A DNA stretch of 64,000 bases from the NCBI GenBank assembly GCA_044892505.1, contig CM097883.1, positions 424,080,001 to 424,144,000 of the forward strand, given 5' to 3'. How positions within the stretch are numbered: position 1 is the stretch's first letter; every line of letters begins with the position of its first letter. This document shows, one piece after another, positions 56,601-64,000 of the stretch. A program made the translations under genes and the position numbers. The stretch is from Schmidtea nova (taxonomy: Eukaryota). A model generated the notes under the pieces. It searched no databases. It was not told the origin of the DNA and saw only the letters and a list, made by a program, of their open reading frames with translations.

Positions 56601-59600
56601 GTAAGTCCTTATAACTTTCCTGATAAAATTTAATGTTGAGTTCTGCCGTTTTCCATATTTCCTGCATTCTTTCTTTGAATTTGGTTACGTAGTCGTCATC
56701 TTCCATATATTGCGATAATGGTGGCTGATACTCTAAATCTATGGGCATGTTGCATTCTCTTCCATACATAAGTTGAAATGGGCTTAGTTTTGTTGCTGCA
56801 TGTATCGACATTCGGTATGCCATTAAACATAATTTTATGTATTCATCCCAGTCAGTTTGGTGTCTGCTGACGTAGTTTGATAACATTCTAATCAATGTGC
56901 CGTTGAATCGCTCCGTTTGTCCATTCGTTTGCGGGTGATATGGTGAAGTTCTCAATTTTGCTATTCTGAAGTAGTTTGTCACCTCGTTCAATAATTCACT
57001 CATAAAATTAGTTCCTTGGTCTGTGAGTATTTGTTTTGGAGTTCCGTATCTGCAACATATTTCTTCCACTAGAATTTTTGCTACGGTTTTTGCTTTTTGG
57101 TCTTGCATGGCAAATGCTTCCGGGAATTTCGTCAGATAATCCGTTATTACCAATATATAAATATTTCCGTTTAAACTTTCTGGTAATGGCCCTATTACGT
57201 CCATTGCTATAGTTGTCATTGGCTCTGCTGGTATTGGCATTGGTTGTAGTGGGTTTTTCCATTTCTTCCCACTATCCTTTCTGGTTGCGCAGGTTAGACA
57301 ATTTTTAATCCATTCCTTTATATCTTCTTCCATTGTTCGCCAATAATATTTTTGTCTCATACGATTTATGGTCTTTTTCTCGGACATATGACCTCCCAAT
57401 TTCCCATCATGGTATTGGATCATTATCTCTTTCCTTCTGTTTTCCGGTAAACACATCAATCTCTTTTCCCCGTCGTGTATTAATAACCATCCTTTATTTA
57501 TTATGTAGCGATGTTGATATTTTCCTATATGTTCCTTTAATTCCTTATTATCCTTAAATACCTCCATATTTCGAGACGTTAGGAACTCTATGATCTGTCC
57601 CAATTCTTTGTCTTCCTGTTGATCTTTCTTTAACTCACTAAAATCTAGATCCTCCGCTATTAATACACAAATTCGTTGTACATCAGGATCGGTTAGTTCT
57701 GGAAATGTCAGTCTTGACATACAATCTGCATTCGCATTCGCTCTTCCTGATTTAAATTTTATGTCCGGTGAGTACTCCTGTAACTGCATTGCCCATCGCA
57801 TTAATCTACTGGATGTTTCCTTGTGCTGTCCTAACCATACAAGCGGTTGGTGATCTGTTGTTATGCAGATGATGTGTCCCCATAATAAATATTTAAAATG
57901 TTTTATTGCTAGTATAATCGCTAATGCTTCCCGTTCTGTTACTGAGTAATTTTTCTCATGCTTTTTGAATGTCCGGCTATAATATCCGATTACGCGTTCC
58001 TTTCCTTCGTCGTCGTATTGTCCTAATACGGCTCCTGCTGCATATCCGCTTGCATCTGCTGCAAGTAGGAATGGTTTCTTGAAGTCTGGGTGTACCAATA
58101 TAGGTGCGGTTATCAGTTTATCTCTTAATGTCTCGAAAGCTGTCTGCTGTTCGTCTCCCCATATGAATGATACATCTTTCTTGACTAGTTCCTGTATAGG
58201 TTTTGCTATTCCGGCGTAATCTTTTATAAACTTTCTGTAGTATCCACACAACCCAAGAAACTCTTGTATCTGGGTTATTGTTTTTGGTACTGGACATTCT
58301 TTTACCTTGTCGATATTTCTAGGATCCGGTTCTTTTCCTTTTGCTGACACTATATGTCCTAAAAATGTTACTTTCTCTTTCGCCCAGTCACACTTGGATG
58401 GCTTGAGTTTTAACTTCCATTGTCTAAGTCTAACGAATACATCTCGAATATCCTGTATGTGTTGTTCAAACGTGCTAGAATAAATCAATAAATCGTCTAT
58501 GTAGACCATACACTGCTTTATCCCATGGGTGACGAAATTCATGCATCTCTGAAATGATGCTGGTGCGTTTGTTAGTCCAAATGGCATCTTTCGAAATTGA
58601 TATAGGTCTCTACCGATGGTAAAGGCAGTTTTCTCCTTATCTTCTTCCTTCATTTTTATTTGCCAATATCCGCTTTTCAGATCTAACGACGTAAAATATG
58701 CTGCTCCTTGTAATGTTAATAGCATTTCATTAATGTCTGGTAATGGGTAAGTATCCCTTTTTGTCACTGTATTCAATCTTCGATAATCTATACAGAATCT
58801 CTGTGTTCCATCTTTCTTCTTTACCATTACCACTGGAAATTGCCAGGGTGAACAACTTGGTTCGATTACTTCTGCATCCAACATTTTCTTCACTTCTGCT
58901 TCTGCTACTGCTTTCTGTGCTTCCGCTAATTTGTACGGCCTTAATGCAATTGGTGTTTCATCTGTTAATGGTATTGTATGTAGTGTGACATCACATGTTC
59001 CTAGATCTAAATCGGATGCTGCAAATATATCCTTATACTCTATCAAAAGTTTTTCTAACTGCTTCTTTTGATCCTCGTTTAATAATTCACTATCAATATT
59101 CCAGGTTGGTTCTTTATCTTTCTCTGCCCCTTCTATTGGCAGTTCAATATCCATCATTGGGGTTAGTTTGCCTAATCTTTCGTTTTCGTAGATTATTTTG
59201 TCCTCTTCATCGAAGTTTACTATGTTTATTGGGATTTCTCCATTGTCATTTATGTTGACTAGTCCTCTTGCCATTGGCAACGCTTTTCTTTTCTCGAATC
59301 TTTTACTTGGTTCGAAAATCATATCGCCTTGGATTGTCGGATCTATTTTTACGTAACATATTTTCTCCTTTCTTGCGGGTATTATCATTTGCTTTGAACT
59401 TGTCACTTTGGCTTCTATTGCGCATATTTGTCCTGTGCGATCTTTTAGTCTCATTGTTCCGAGATCGATTACAATCTCTTTAAATAAGGCTGGCATCAAA
59501 TCTGTTCCGATAATGCAAGGCACGCTTAATGCTGGTATGACTGCTACGTACGTATCGATTTCCGTATTTAAGTGGCGTATTTTTACCCACCATCTTCCTG

Positions 59601-62600
59601 CTACTTCTACAACTTCTTTGCTACATGCAATTACATGGACGTTTGTCCTTTCTATATCTCGTCTTTGCTCTTGTGGTATCCATTTGATGTCGATGGCGGA
59701 AATGTTTGCTCCAGTGTCGATCATTGCTTCGATTTCTCTTCCATTAATTTCTATTGTCGTGGTTAGTACTGGACCTGTGTTTGATGACATTACTGCGATC
59801 GTGTGTGTATCTCCTTGTGGATCTACGCTTCTACATCTTCTCATTTTATAATCTTCTGGTATCATGGGGTATACATTTGTCATTGGCATCATTTGCATCG
59901 TGCTATTTTTTCCTCCTTGTAGTGGTTCTTGATACATGGTTGGTGGAGGTGCGTAACATTTCCATGCGTCGGCTGGATTCTTTTCGATGTATTGTGGTGC
60001 TTGGTTCTTATACACTTGTTCTCCCTTATAGTCGTCATCGTCATCGTCGTCGTCACTTGAATCATTTTGGGTTTTATATCCTTTCATCCTCTCCCATAAA
60101 CCTTTTCTTTCTCCCTTGAGCTGTTGTCTTGCTTGTTCGTCATTCATTATCTTTTTAAATTTTCGTCCTACTTCTTCATCTGTTCCCTTCATTTTTGCGA
60201 GTATCTTCAACAATCTCTTTATTCGATGTATGTCCTTTGAGTGTCCGTGCAACACCATCGTTTTCGCAAGGAATGGTAAAAATCCTACTACCATTTTCCA
60301 ATTCACTTTCTTTTCTCTCTTGTAGATGTCAAAACACGCGAGCATTTGCGTTATTATCACTCTGACGATTTGGATTATTAATATTACCCCTAGTATTCCA
60401 GCCATCATTTGTCCGAATATCAAGAATCTTCCCCACATTGCTTTCATCATATTTTCGGTGGCTTTCTTGAAATGTGCTGGTGACAACAACAGTTCATAAT
60501 TCGGTCCTTCTCGATAATTCGTTCCTCCCGTTATCGTTACGATATTTGACAGTAATGCTTCTCTTCTCGCTGGAAATAATATATTCTGCCTTGCTGCTTC
60601 TAAATCCTTTGGACTATATATTCCGTTGTTTGAGACATCTACGTCGCTGAATTGCCTATCCTTTGACAACTGCATTAGCTCGAATTCTCTTGGTGCTATC
60701 ACTTCGGATCTTCCTGGGAACATAACCCATTTACCATCTGGTTTCTGATAAAGCGGTCCATACGCATTACTACAGTTGAATGGATTTGGTTCGAATCCTG
60801 GTGGATTGATGATTCTCGTCACTGGTTGAACGTATCGTACTTTTCCTTTGTAATCGATTTCTAACTCATTTGTACAGGTTCCAGGTTTCAACTGTGTTGT
60901 TGCTGCTAGTGACGCGTGTGTCTTTTCGCAAATGTATACATACATTGCTTCTCCAACCACTCTTCCGAAATGTCCTTCTCTTAGTGGTAATAATGGCATC
61001 GCGCTATCTGGATTCGTAATCGCTATGGCCAACTTTGTCTTTAATATTTCTCGATTCAGTATACAATCATTGTTTATTAGATCGTAGTACACTTTTTGTA
61101 ATGAGGCTTGTCCTCTATGGAATAGGAAATCCATTTTATTATTCACATACAGGTGTAGTTTGATATCTATTGTGTCGATTTTGTGTTTCGCATTCGGCAC
61201 TTCTTGTTTTGACACATATATTCCTGGGTAATTTGTTTCGTATACCGTTGTACTACACTTAAGGGTTGCTTTCCCTTTTATGAACCTCATTCCCACATCC
61301 TGATTTGTGGTTATCAACACTGTTGGTGTGGCTCTCATCTCTATCCGTTTTTCTCTATGATCCGTTTTCAGTTGTCTTTTATTCTCTAAAGCTTCCTTGA
61401 GATGCTTTGCTCTAGCTTTGTCGTCATCGTCTTCTTCCTGAAACGTTTTTCCTTGAATTTCGTCGAATTTTGCTCCTTGTAGCAGTTGTAGTTGACATTC
61501 ATTTACCTTTGGTTTGTATATTAATGTTGACATTCCCGTTTGACACATGCTCCTATCGATTTGACACATGGATAACGTTTTCATTTCTCCTGTTGTTGGT
61601 TCGAAGAATGCTTCATAGCTTTTTAATTCGACTATATACGTATCCATCACCACTAAGTTAGTTGCGGGTACTCCGAATATCGGGTAGGTTTCTCCTTGAC
61701 AATATCCTTCTCCTCCCGTAATCCGTCCTGCTACATAGTATGTCTGTTGCATCATCATTCCTGGCTTTCCTCTTATCTTGATTTTATCTCTTGTTGTTAC
61801 TTCTCCATGTTTAAACAGTGCTTCGCAGTCTTCTCCTTGTAACACGATTGGTTCTCTTTCCGTTCCTGGCATGACAATTGCTGAATAGTGTCCTCTCCCG
61901 CAGTAGAATGCGAATCTCGTCTTCTGCACCTTACATTCATTCACCATTGTCTTTATAAGTTCTGCTTCTTGATACACGTGGTACCATTGTTCCTTTTTAA
62001 TCTTTTGCAACTCTACTGGAGTCGCATCTTTGCATTGCTCCGTACCTCTCAATGAATACTTTTCTCCTAACTTCATTTGGTCGCAATCAAACACTTCGAA
62101 TGCTGTTGCGCTATCGGTGCTAATCATCCATATCAACATCATCATTATTATAGAACTCAAATTCATTGATGACTTCGCGTTTCCCGTTCCTGCTTGTTCT
62201 TTTGCTAACTCTTCCAATATTTTTTCGAATTTCTTTTTCATATTCTTCGCTTGCGTTTTCTTCTGGTTAGTTTTTATAAATGTTTCCCATCCTCCTTTGT
62301 TAATGACGTATGGTTCTATTTCTCTCGCTATAATTTTTGCGGTATTTTTTATATGTCTCTCTAATGCAGTGGGTTTTGGTCGACCTCTACTCAATGTCAA
62401 CAGATTGTATATCGTGTATGCAATGGCTATTACGTATTTGTTATCCGTTTCCGCTCCTTCTGTCAGCTTCTTTATTAACATAGTGGTTCCTTGCCAGTCT
62501 AAATGGTTTGACTTCGTCTTTTCTTTTATGAATTCCGGTAAGATGGGTGCGATTGCGCTGTGTAGTGACTTCGCCTTTTCGCTTATCTCAGTTATACGCC

Positions 62601-63999
62601 AGCATTTTCTTAATTCCGGATCAATTATTGCCAATATTTCCATTATTGTTTTCGATATCCATTCCTCCCCCTGACATATTGGTGTTGTCTCTTTTTCTTT
62701 CATCTCCGCAATTTTATTTAGTTTCCTTAGGCATAATTCCCATTGATCTTGTCTCTTTTCATCTTTATTTCTTATAACTACAGTTGCTGGGTCTGTCTTA
62801 GGTCTACCTCTAGGTCGTTTATCCATTCCTGTACCTGTTTCCACAAACCTTGTTGCCCGTCCTGTTTCTTCCGTGACATCTCTTGGTTCGTTAGCTCTTT
62901 CTTCTAACCATCTTTCCATTTCCTGGGTTAATTGTACATTTTCGGCATACGCTCCTCTGGTTTCATCTTCTGTTAAATCGTTGACTTCTTCTACTATTAT
63001 TTCCTGTTCGACTTCTGTTTCTCCGGTGTTGGTTACTTGTATTGCCGTAGGTAATTCTTGTATTCTTTCGAAAATATTGTCGTCTTTTTCCTTTGTTAAT
63101 TCGGTTAATTCTTCTATCATATCGTCGCTGTCTGTAAATATTTCGTCCACGTCATATGGTTGTGGTGGAGTCCTTTCTCTATTTCCTCTGGGTGTTGTCT
63201 CAGATCGTCTCGAACTTGTCCCTGGTGTTAGTGCTGATTTCATCGGGCTCGGCGTACTTATACTTCCGTGTGGTTTATGGTTTTCTTCTTTACGTTTCAA
63301 TGGTTGACCCGCTATTGCTTCTACTGTCAAGGTATTCATGAGGTCTAATTGTGCTGGTGTTATTCCGATTTCCAAACTGTTATCTAATGATCGTCCTTGG
63401 TGTTGTAAATGGAATGGTGGTTCGTATCTCAATTTCTTTTTAATATCTCGAATTTTTTCTGCTATTCCTACCCACAACTCTTCCTTATCCTTGTTTGGGT
63501 ATATTATTCTTAAATGTACTTTTTGTGGAATTTCCTGCGAGAATTCTTGATTTCTCCATTTCCTAATTACGTGGTCTAGTTGTTCCGGACACCACTCGTT
63601 AACTCTTTTATATTCCGCGATTGCTTTTGCTACTTTACGCAAGCATGTTATATCCTCCCCATTTACCACGAAAAAATCTGCGAGACCCTTTATTACTTTT
63701 CTCTTACCGTGCGCATTAGTTTTTAATATCTCGACAAATTCTTCCGTTTTTTGCTTTTCCCTTTCTAACCACATAGCCGCTGTTTCTGGTCCATCTAGGT
63801 CTATTGGCGTAGCTTTCCTTGTCACCATGCAAACCCTTCCTATCTCTGGTTCGCAGTCATCTTCAATTCCTCTTTTATATTCTTCTTCATATTCCCCTTC
63901 TTTTGGTTCCCAACATTTTCCTTTCTCGTTCCATTGTTTTTCTACGGGTGTTCGTATTCGTCTGTTGAGATTGAGTTCTTCTAATACATTTTCCCACTC
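50662..63999 (-). CDS. pol: Giant polyprotein (>4400 aa, 5' partial): UBL, Bcl-2-like, signal plus chuvirus-like glycoprotein, PR, RT, RNase H, INT, ankyrins, two FN3-like membrane proteins
   Basis: Hand translation shows the frame stays open from 63828 to the window edge, so the true start and gag lie outside. Signal plus FEVFDC at about 62160-62083, TM at about 60430-60250, MIDTG at about 59715, YIDD at about 58500, the RNase H motifs DAS...EREA...TDH, HHCC plus D..D..E integrase at about 57420-56750, ankyrin motifs at 56085-54815, and TMs at 52402-52336 and 50917-50845. Confidence 0.95.
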   Translation of the reverse strand, partial: EWENVLEELNLNRRIRTPVEKQWNEKGKCWEPKEGEYEEEYKRGIEDDCEPEIGRVCMVTRKATPIDLDGPETAAMWLEREKQKTEEFVEILKTNAHGKRKVIKGLADFFVVNGEDITCLRKVAKAIAEYKRVNEWCPEQLDHVIRKWRNQEFSQEIPQKVHLRIIYPNKDKEELWVGIAEKIRDIKKKLRYEPPFHLQHQGRSLDNSLEIGITPAQLDLMNTLTVEAIAGQPLKRKEENHKPHGSISTPSPMKSALTPGTSSRRSETTPRGNRERTPPQPYDVDEIFTDSDDMIEELTELTKEKDDNIFERIQELPTAIQVTNTGETEVEQEIIVEEVNDLTEDETRGAYAENVQLTQEMERWLEERANEPRDVTEETGRATRFVETGTGMDKRPRGRPKTDPATVVIRNKDEKRQDQWELCLRKLNKIAEMKEKETTPICQGEEWISKTIMEILAIIDPELRKCWRITEISEKAKSLHSAIAPILPEFIKEKTKSNHLDWQGTTMLIKKLTEGAETDNKYVIAIAYTIYNLLTLSRGRPKPTALERHIKNTAKIIAREIEPYVINKGGWETFIKTNQKKTQAKNMKKKFEKILEELAKEQAGTGNAKSSMNLSSIIMMMLIWMISTDSATAFEVFDCDQMKLGEKYSLRGTEQCKDATPVELQKIKKEQWYHVYQEAELIKTMVNECKVQKTRFAFYCGRGHYSAIVMPGTEREPIVLQGEDCEALFKHGEVTTRDKIKIRGKPGMMMQQTYYVAGRITGGEGYCQGETYPIFGVPATNLVVMDTYIVELKSYEAFFEPTTGEMKTLSMCQIDRSMCQTGMSTLIYKPKVNECQLQLLQGAKFDEIQGKTFQEEDDDDKARAKHLKEALENKRQLKTDHREKRIEMRATPTVLITTNQDVGMRFIKGKATLKCSTTVYETNYPGIYVSKQEVPNAKHKIDTIDIKLHLYVNNKMDFLFHRGQASLQKVYYDLINNDCILNREILKTKLAIAITNPDSAMPLLPLREGHFGRVVGEAMYVYICEKTHASLAATTQLKPGTCTNELEIDYKGKVRYVQPVTRIINPPGFEPNPFNCSNAYGPLYQKPDGKWVMFPGRSEVIAPREFELMQLSKDRQFSDVDVSNNGIYSPKDLEAARQNILFPARREALLSNIVTITGGTNYREGPNYELLLSPAHFKKATENMMKAMWGRFLIFGQMMAGILGVILIIQIVRVIITQMLACFDIYKREKKVNWKMVVGFLPFLAKTMVLHGHSKDIHRIKRLLKILAKMKGTDEEVGRKFKKIMNDEQARQQLKGERKGLWERMKGYKTQNDSSDDDDDDDDYKGEQVYKNQAPQYIEKNPADAWKCYAPPPTMYQEPLQGGKNSTMQMMPMTNVYPMIPEDYKMRRCRSVDPQGDTHTIAVMSSNTGPVLTTTIEINGREIEAMIDTGANISAIDIKWIPQEQRRDIERTNVHVIACSKEVVEVAGRWWVKIRHLNTEIDTYVAVIPALSVPCIIGTDLMPALFKEIVIDLGTMRLKDRTGQICAIEAKVTSSKQMIIPARKEKICYVKIDPTIQGDMIFEPSKRFEKRKALPMARGLVNINDNGEIPINIVNFDEEDKIIYENERLGKLTPMMDIELPIEGAEKDKEPTWNIDSELLNEDQKKQLEKLLIEYKDIFAASDLDLGTCDVTLHTIPLTDETPIALRPYKLAEAQKAVAEAEVKKMLDAEVIEPSCSPWQFPVVMVKKKDGTQRFCIDYRRLNTVTKRDTYPLPDINEMLLTLQGAAYFTSLDLKSGYWQIKMKEEDKEKTAFTIGRDLYQFRKMPFGLTNAPASFQRCMNFVTHGIKQCMVYIDDLLIYSSTFEQHIQDIRDVFVRLRQWKLKLKPSKCDWAKEKVTFLGHIVSAKGKEPDPRNIDKVKECPVPKTITQIQEFLGLCGYYRKFIKDYAGIAKPIQELVKKDVSFIWGDEQQTAFETLRDKLITAPILVHPDFKKPFLLAADASGYAAGAVLGQYDDEGKERVIGYYSRTFKKHEKNYSVTEREALAIILAIKHFKYLLWGHIICITTDHQPLVWLGQHKETSSRLMRWAMQLQEYSPDIKFKSGRANANADCMSRLTFPELTDPDVQRICVLIAEDLDFSELKKDQQEDKELGQIIEFLTSRNMEVFKDNKELKEHIGKYQHRYIINKGWLLIHDGEKRLMCLPENRRKEIMIQYHDGKLGGHMSEKKTINRMRQKYYWRTMEEDIKEWIKNCLTCATRKDSGKKWKNPLQPMPIPAEPMTTIAMDVIGPLPESLNGNIYILVITDYLTKFPEAFAMQDQKAKTVAKILVEEICCRYGTPKQILTDQGTNFMSELLNEVTNYFRIAKLRTSPYHPQTNGQTERFNGTLIRMLSNYVSRHQTDWDEYIKLCLMAYRMSIHAATKLSPFQLMYGRECNMPIDLEYQPPLSQYMEDDDYVTKFKERMQEIWKTAELNIKFYQESYKDLHDQKKNVKANDLKPGDWVIIETPEIIPGTVKKLQRPGRGPYEIIYKKDNNVKVKLINRPLIRPIYVNTCRCKKVPKTITTTPENRIITRSQTARINMLRTNATKDDKAEIRQKEIRNKEIILKAREIMGRWHVRDEAGISRDIRHIISRYAQGLPTEPIISELLEKIPEILLLKDVGGQPALHNAIECKNIERAKEFLKIAKETNQNLDVGNREQETPLMTAAIHQADKEMIDLLIKAHFSWTERDREDKTVLNHVIWSSHQPMLKYIIANSTWEIDELVKGDIIEEAIKIGKCNTIRKLIKWKRPEDDTWVLDINEVYSEGQNALLRYLLKFTCDQKTLLTLLDRGNINITKNEEEYKFDKEKEALFNKIRKWCAKPLDKLITYKDINNFNEKYQTIVSEYEELVKILNHPEKCKQVLEKKERESNKKLTPLFKAEAPYQARLDAIQEKAKELLPEFENSKHALEILGALVEKVHAYAKGTYNGNDIVIIKKEMPVTFLLPKDGIMPIHRALRNGKDRKVMEIARVMLNCGSNMNMIDEKGDTLMVFAARAKTKTKVLEELYKAGAGLTGKTDKDNSILDVALLTHNWEMVNFIKTVPNQEEIDHLTDTVKKPSVLAMMNNVELTESILTWINPNTNEPAFRINKFTEHNQNWCIRSALITYKWPEILKMFMERKDLKITTSPKEEKYTGKWKELMKTYINNWIKAKKEILEHKSTNKVIPEQVETQEFEASNLTTLAYAKLIEEINVEDNIFDEPGGDDNTDSDDGNNSENSSDHEPPDKEENERKDKKRDKEGKKGEDEKQRDEEREQGTNDQGDTQRTGYKSTIKPFFKPELLLLTMIITLINPSQGMTCEERAIIQIKNAKGIERVCWSKKDKTTEQNSPMDCRISKHEQEIIEINDLDLDTWYKICTVRKQKHPRSHNTIACAKYQTPKAAMTIQQSPKGDYILGKCGRTETQGTENKNPQVIDKQTTPTIRITIKRPEARVATNETERVSYQMEVLCLALILIIIKRLEEGIEIETMTITEVEDTQNTNIKCWARNNEEIGVNEIRKSRKPTTNKVIKVSEVKADKMYKLCLLEKETNKKGTTKCKTFQPGEVIKFRRRTRKRNKQIKRKMNITLEIKEIEPNVKGVCWRKYEKETNKRTTPQCQTSTGATTIQIKGLESKQTYEICLVKKNDQITINDLECGIYTTSSGTRTKTLTRKNKRRQRNKGKPKYTTTFKNNKQPISQEVTTKSEKKTSATLTLWKIENKTLEICWIIVQKYIRRQSRECRKTNKEIKIEKLQFNSEYEVCTIEKTDALGNQQERCETYYTPANATSKGITRKLEFRELSQTNEQMDAEKTITDPQAKWTPEEVIKEVKRKQEEREQLMRKLKGQYGIMFNQSEPTQTDENKEIKELIGLGILTATIPVIIALSAIWLRKISPRKSTTQWLNIDNTSHGVEILEEKAREEPNKKEAKSGKLGINNKDKEIKEIKGEEKKYERRTRSLPQSSKWLGLTIILTLINREEAINPQTGIKVTNVQEVGKICWNREDEPIGKDNPLKCIIRKSDQDVVRIEGMYRGIMHRICIIGKEKKAGLPKTVVCQKYETPGLEWYRVKPTKKEIKNTIDQPATQIRNTTDKPGEGEKSTNKTRERISPQQECVCIALILAMSKRIDKGIIIEQMAITIRKTSSNKLCWGTYNEPRKEYQVQTSDESRTNKEIEIQEIQMNEEGSICIWEKGIQEGIEHCKTFQKGEILKFDEEELTKTERTLTLTGLDQTVKGICWTKHNPEGEEDNLTHCKEIKNKEKVELKKMKVNRTYAICTFTRKSSEKPECGLYQISEKLQQQIEPGNMENRTKENNVKQLLNRHWSTQEVMNKVKSQIQKEKKPEAQTQNEIKANQNKRETNSGKTIIGLMSIGILIAYGILTTSIIVYWRYRKRNKATAIQWPDIKIMKLGIEIPEEIQKEFQRRTKGKEFWKQIEDEERYEEKTIMMV

Positions 64000-64000
64000 T

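Larger units (their letters stand above)
45984..64000 (-). mobile_element. Giant Ty3/Gypsy retroelement with envelope-like gene and accessory genes (element 2; 5' end outside window)
   Basis: Uninterrupted polyprotein with PR-RT-RH-INT, followed by tightly packed co-oriented ORFs of the same A-rich composition and a candidate LTR. Confidence 0.85.

Noticed and set aside
47415-63550. Numerous plus-strand Phe/Leu/Ser-rich ORFs
   Set aside because: These are antisense shadows of the A-rich minus-strand genes and have no domain signal.

Overview
AT-rich eukaryotic (probably invertebrate animal) genomic window with two N-gaps, made almost entirely of mobile elements. No clearly assignable host gene. 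Left part: the 3' end of a hAT-like DNA transposon, a decayed Polinton/Maverick remnant (capsid, cysteine protease, internally deleted pPolB), a Merlin remnant, and a ~7.8 kb element with ~0.9 kb inverted repeats whose only long gene is a protein-primed DNA polymerase B with one in-frame stop. Centre: a complete ~17.3 kb Ty3/Gypsy LTR element (18072-35327; 810 bp LTRs, tRNA-Trp PBS, PPT, AAGC TSD) inserted into the gag of an older Gypsy relic, followed by a piggyBac relic. Right part: a related, larger minus-strand Ty3/Gypsy element whose >4400 aa ORF is uninterrupted and runs off the window edge. The most striking feature is the architecture the two retroelements share. One polyprotein carries (gag) - ubiquitin-like domain(s) - Bcl-2-like domain - internal signal peptide plus chuvirus-like glycoprotein - protease - RT - RNase H - integrase - (ankyrins) - signal-peptide-separated FN3-like membrane protein(s). 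Separate accessory genes (an intronless TRAF, a REX4/ISG20-like exonuclease, coiled-coil and membrane proteins) are mostly preceded by splice acceptors. This resembles a complex, enveloped, host-modulating retrovirus-like lineage. All domain calls come from motif recognition by eye and need HMM or structure confirmation.
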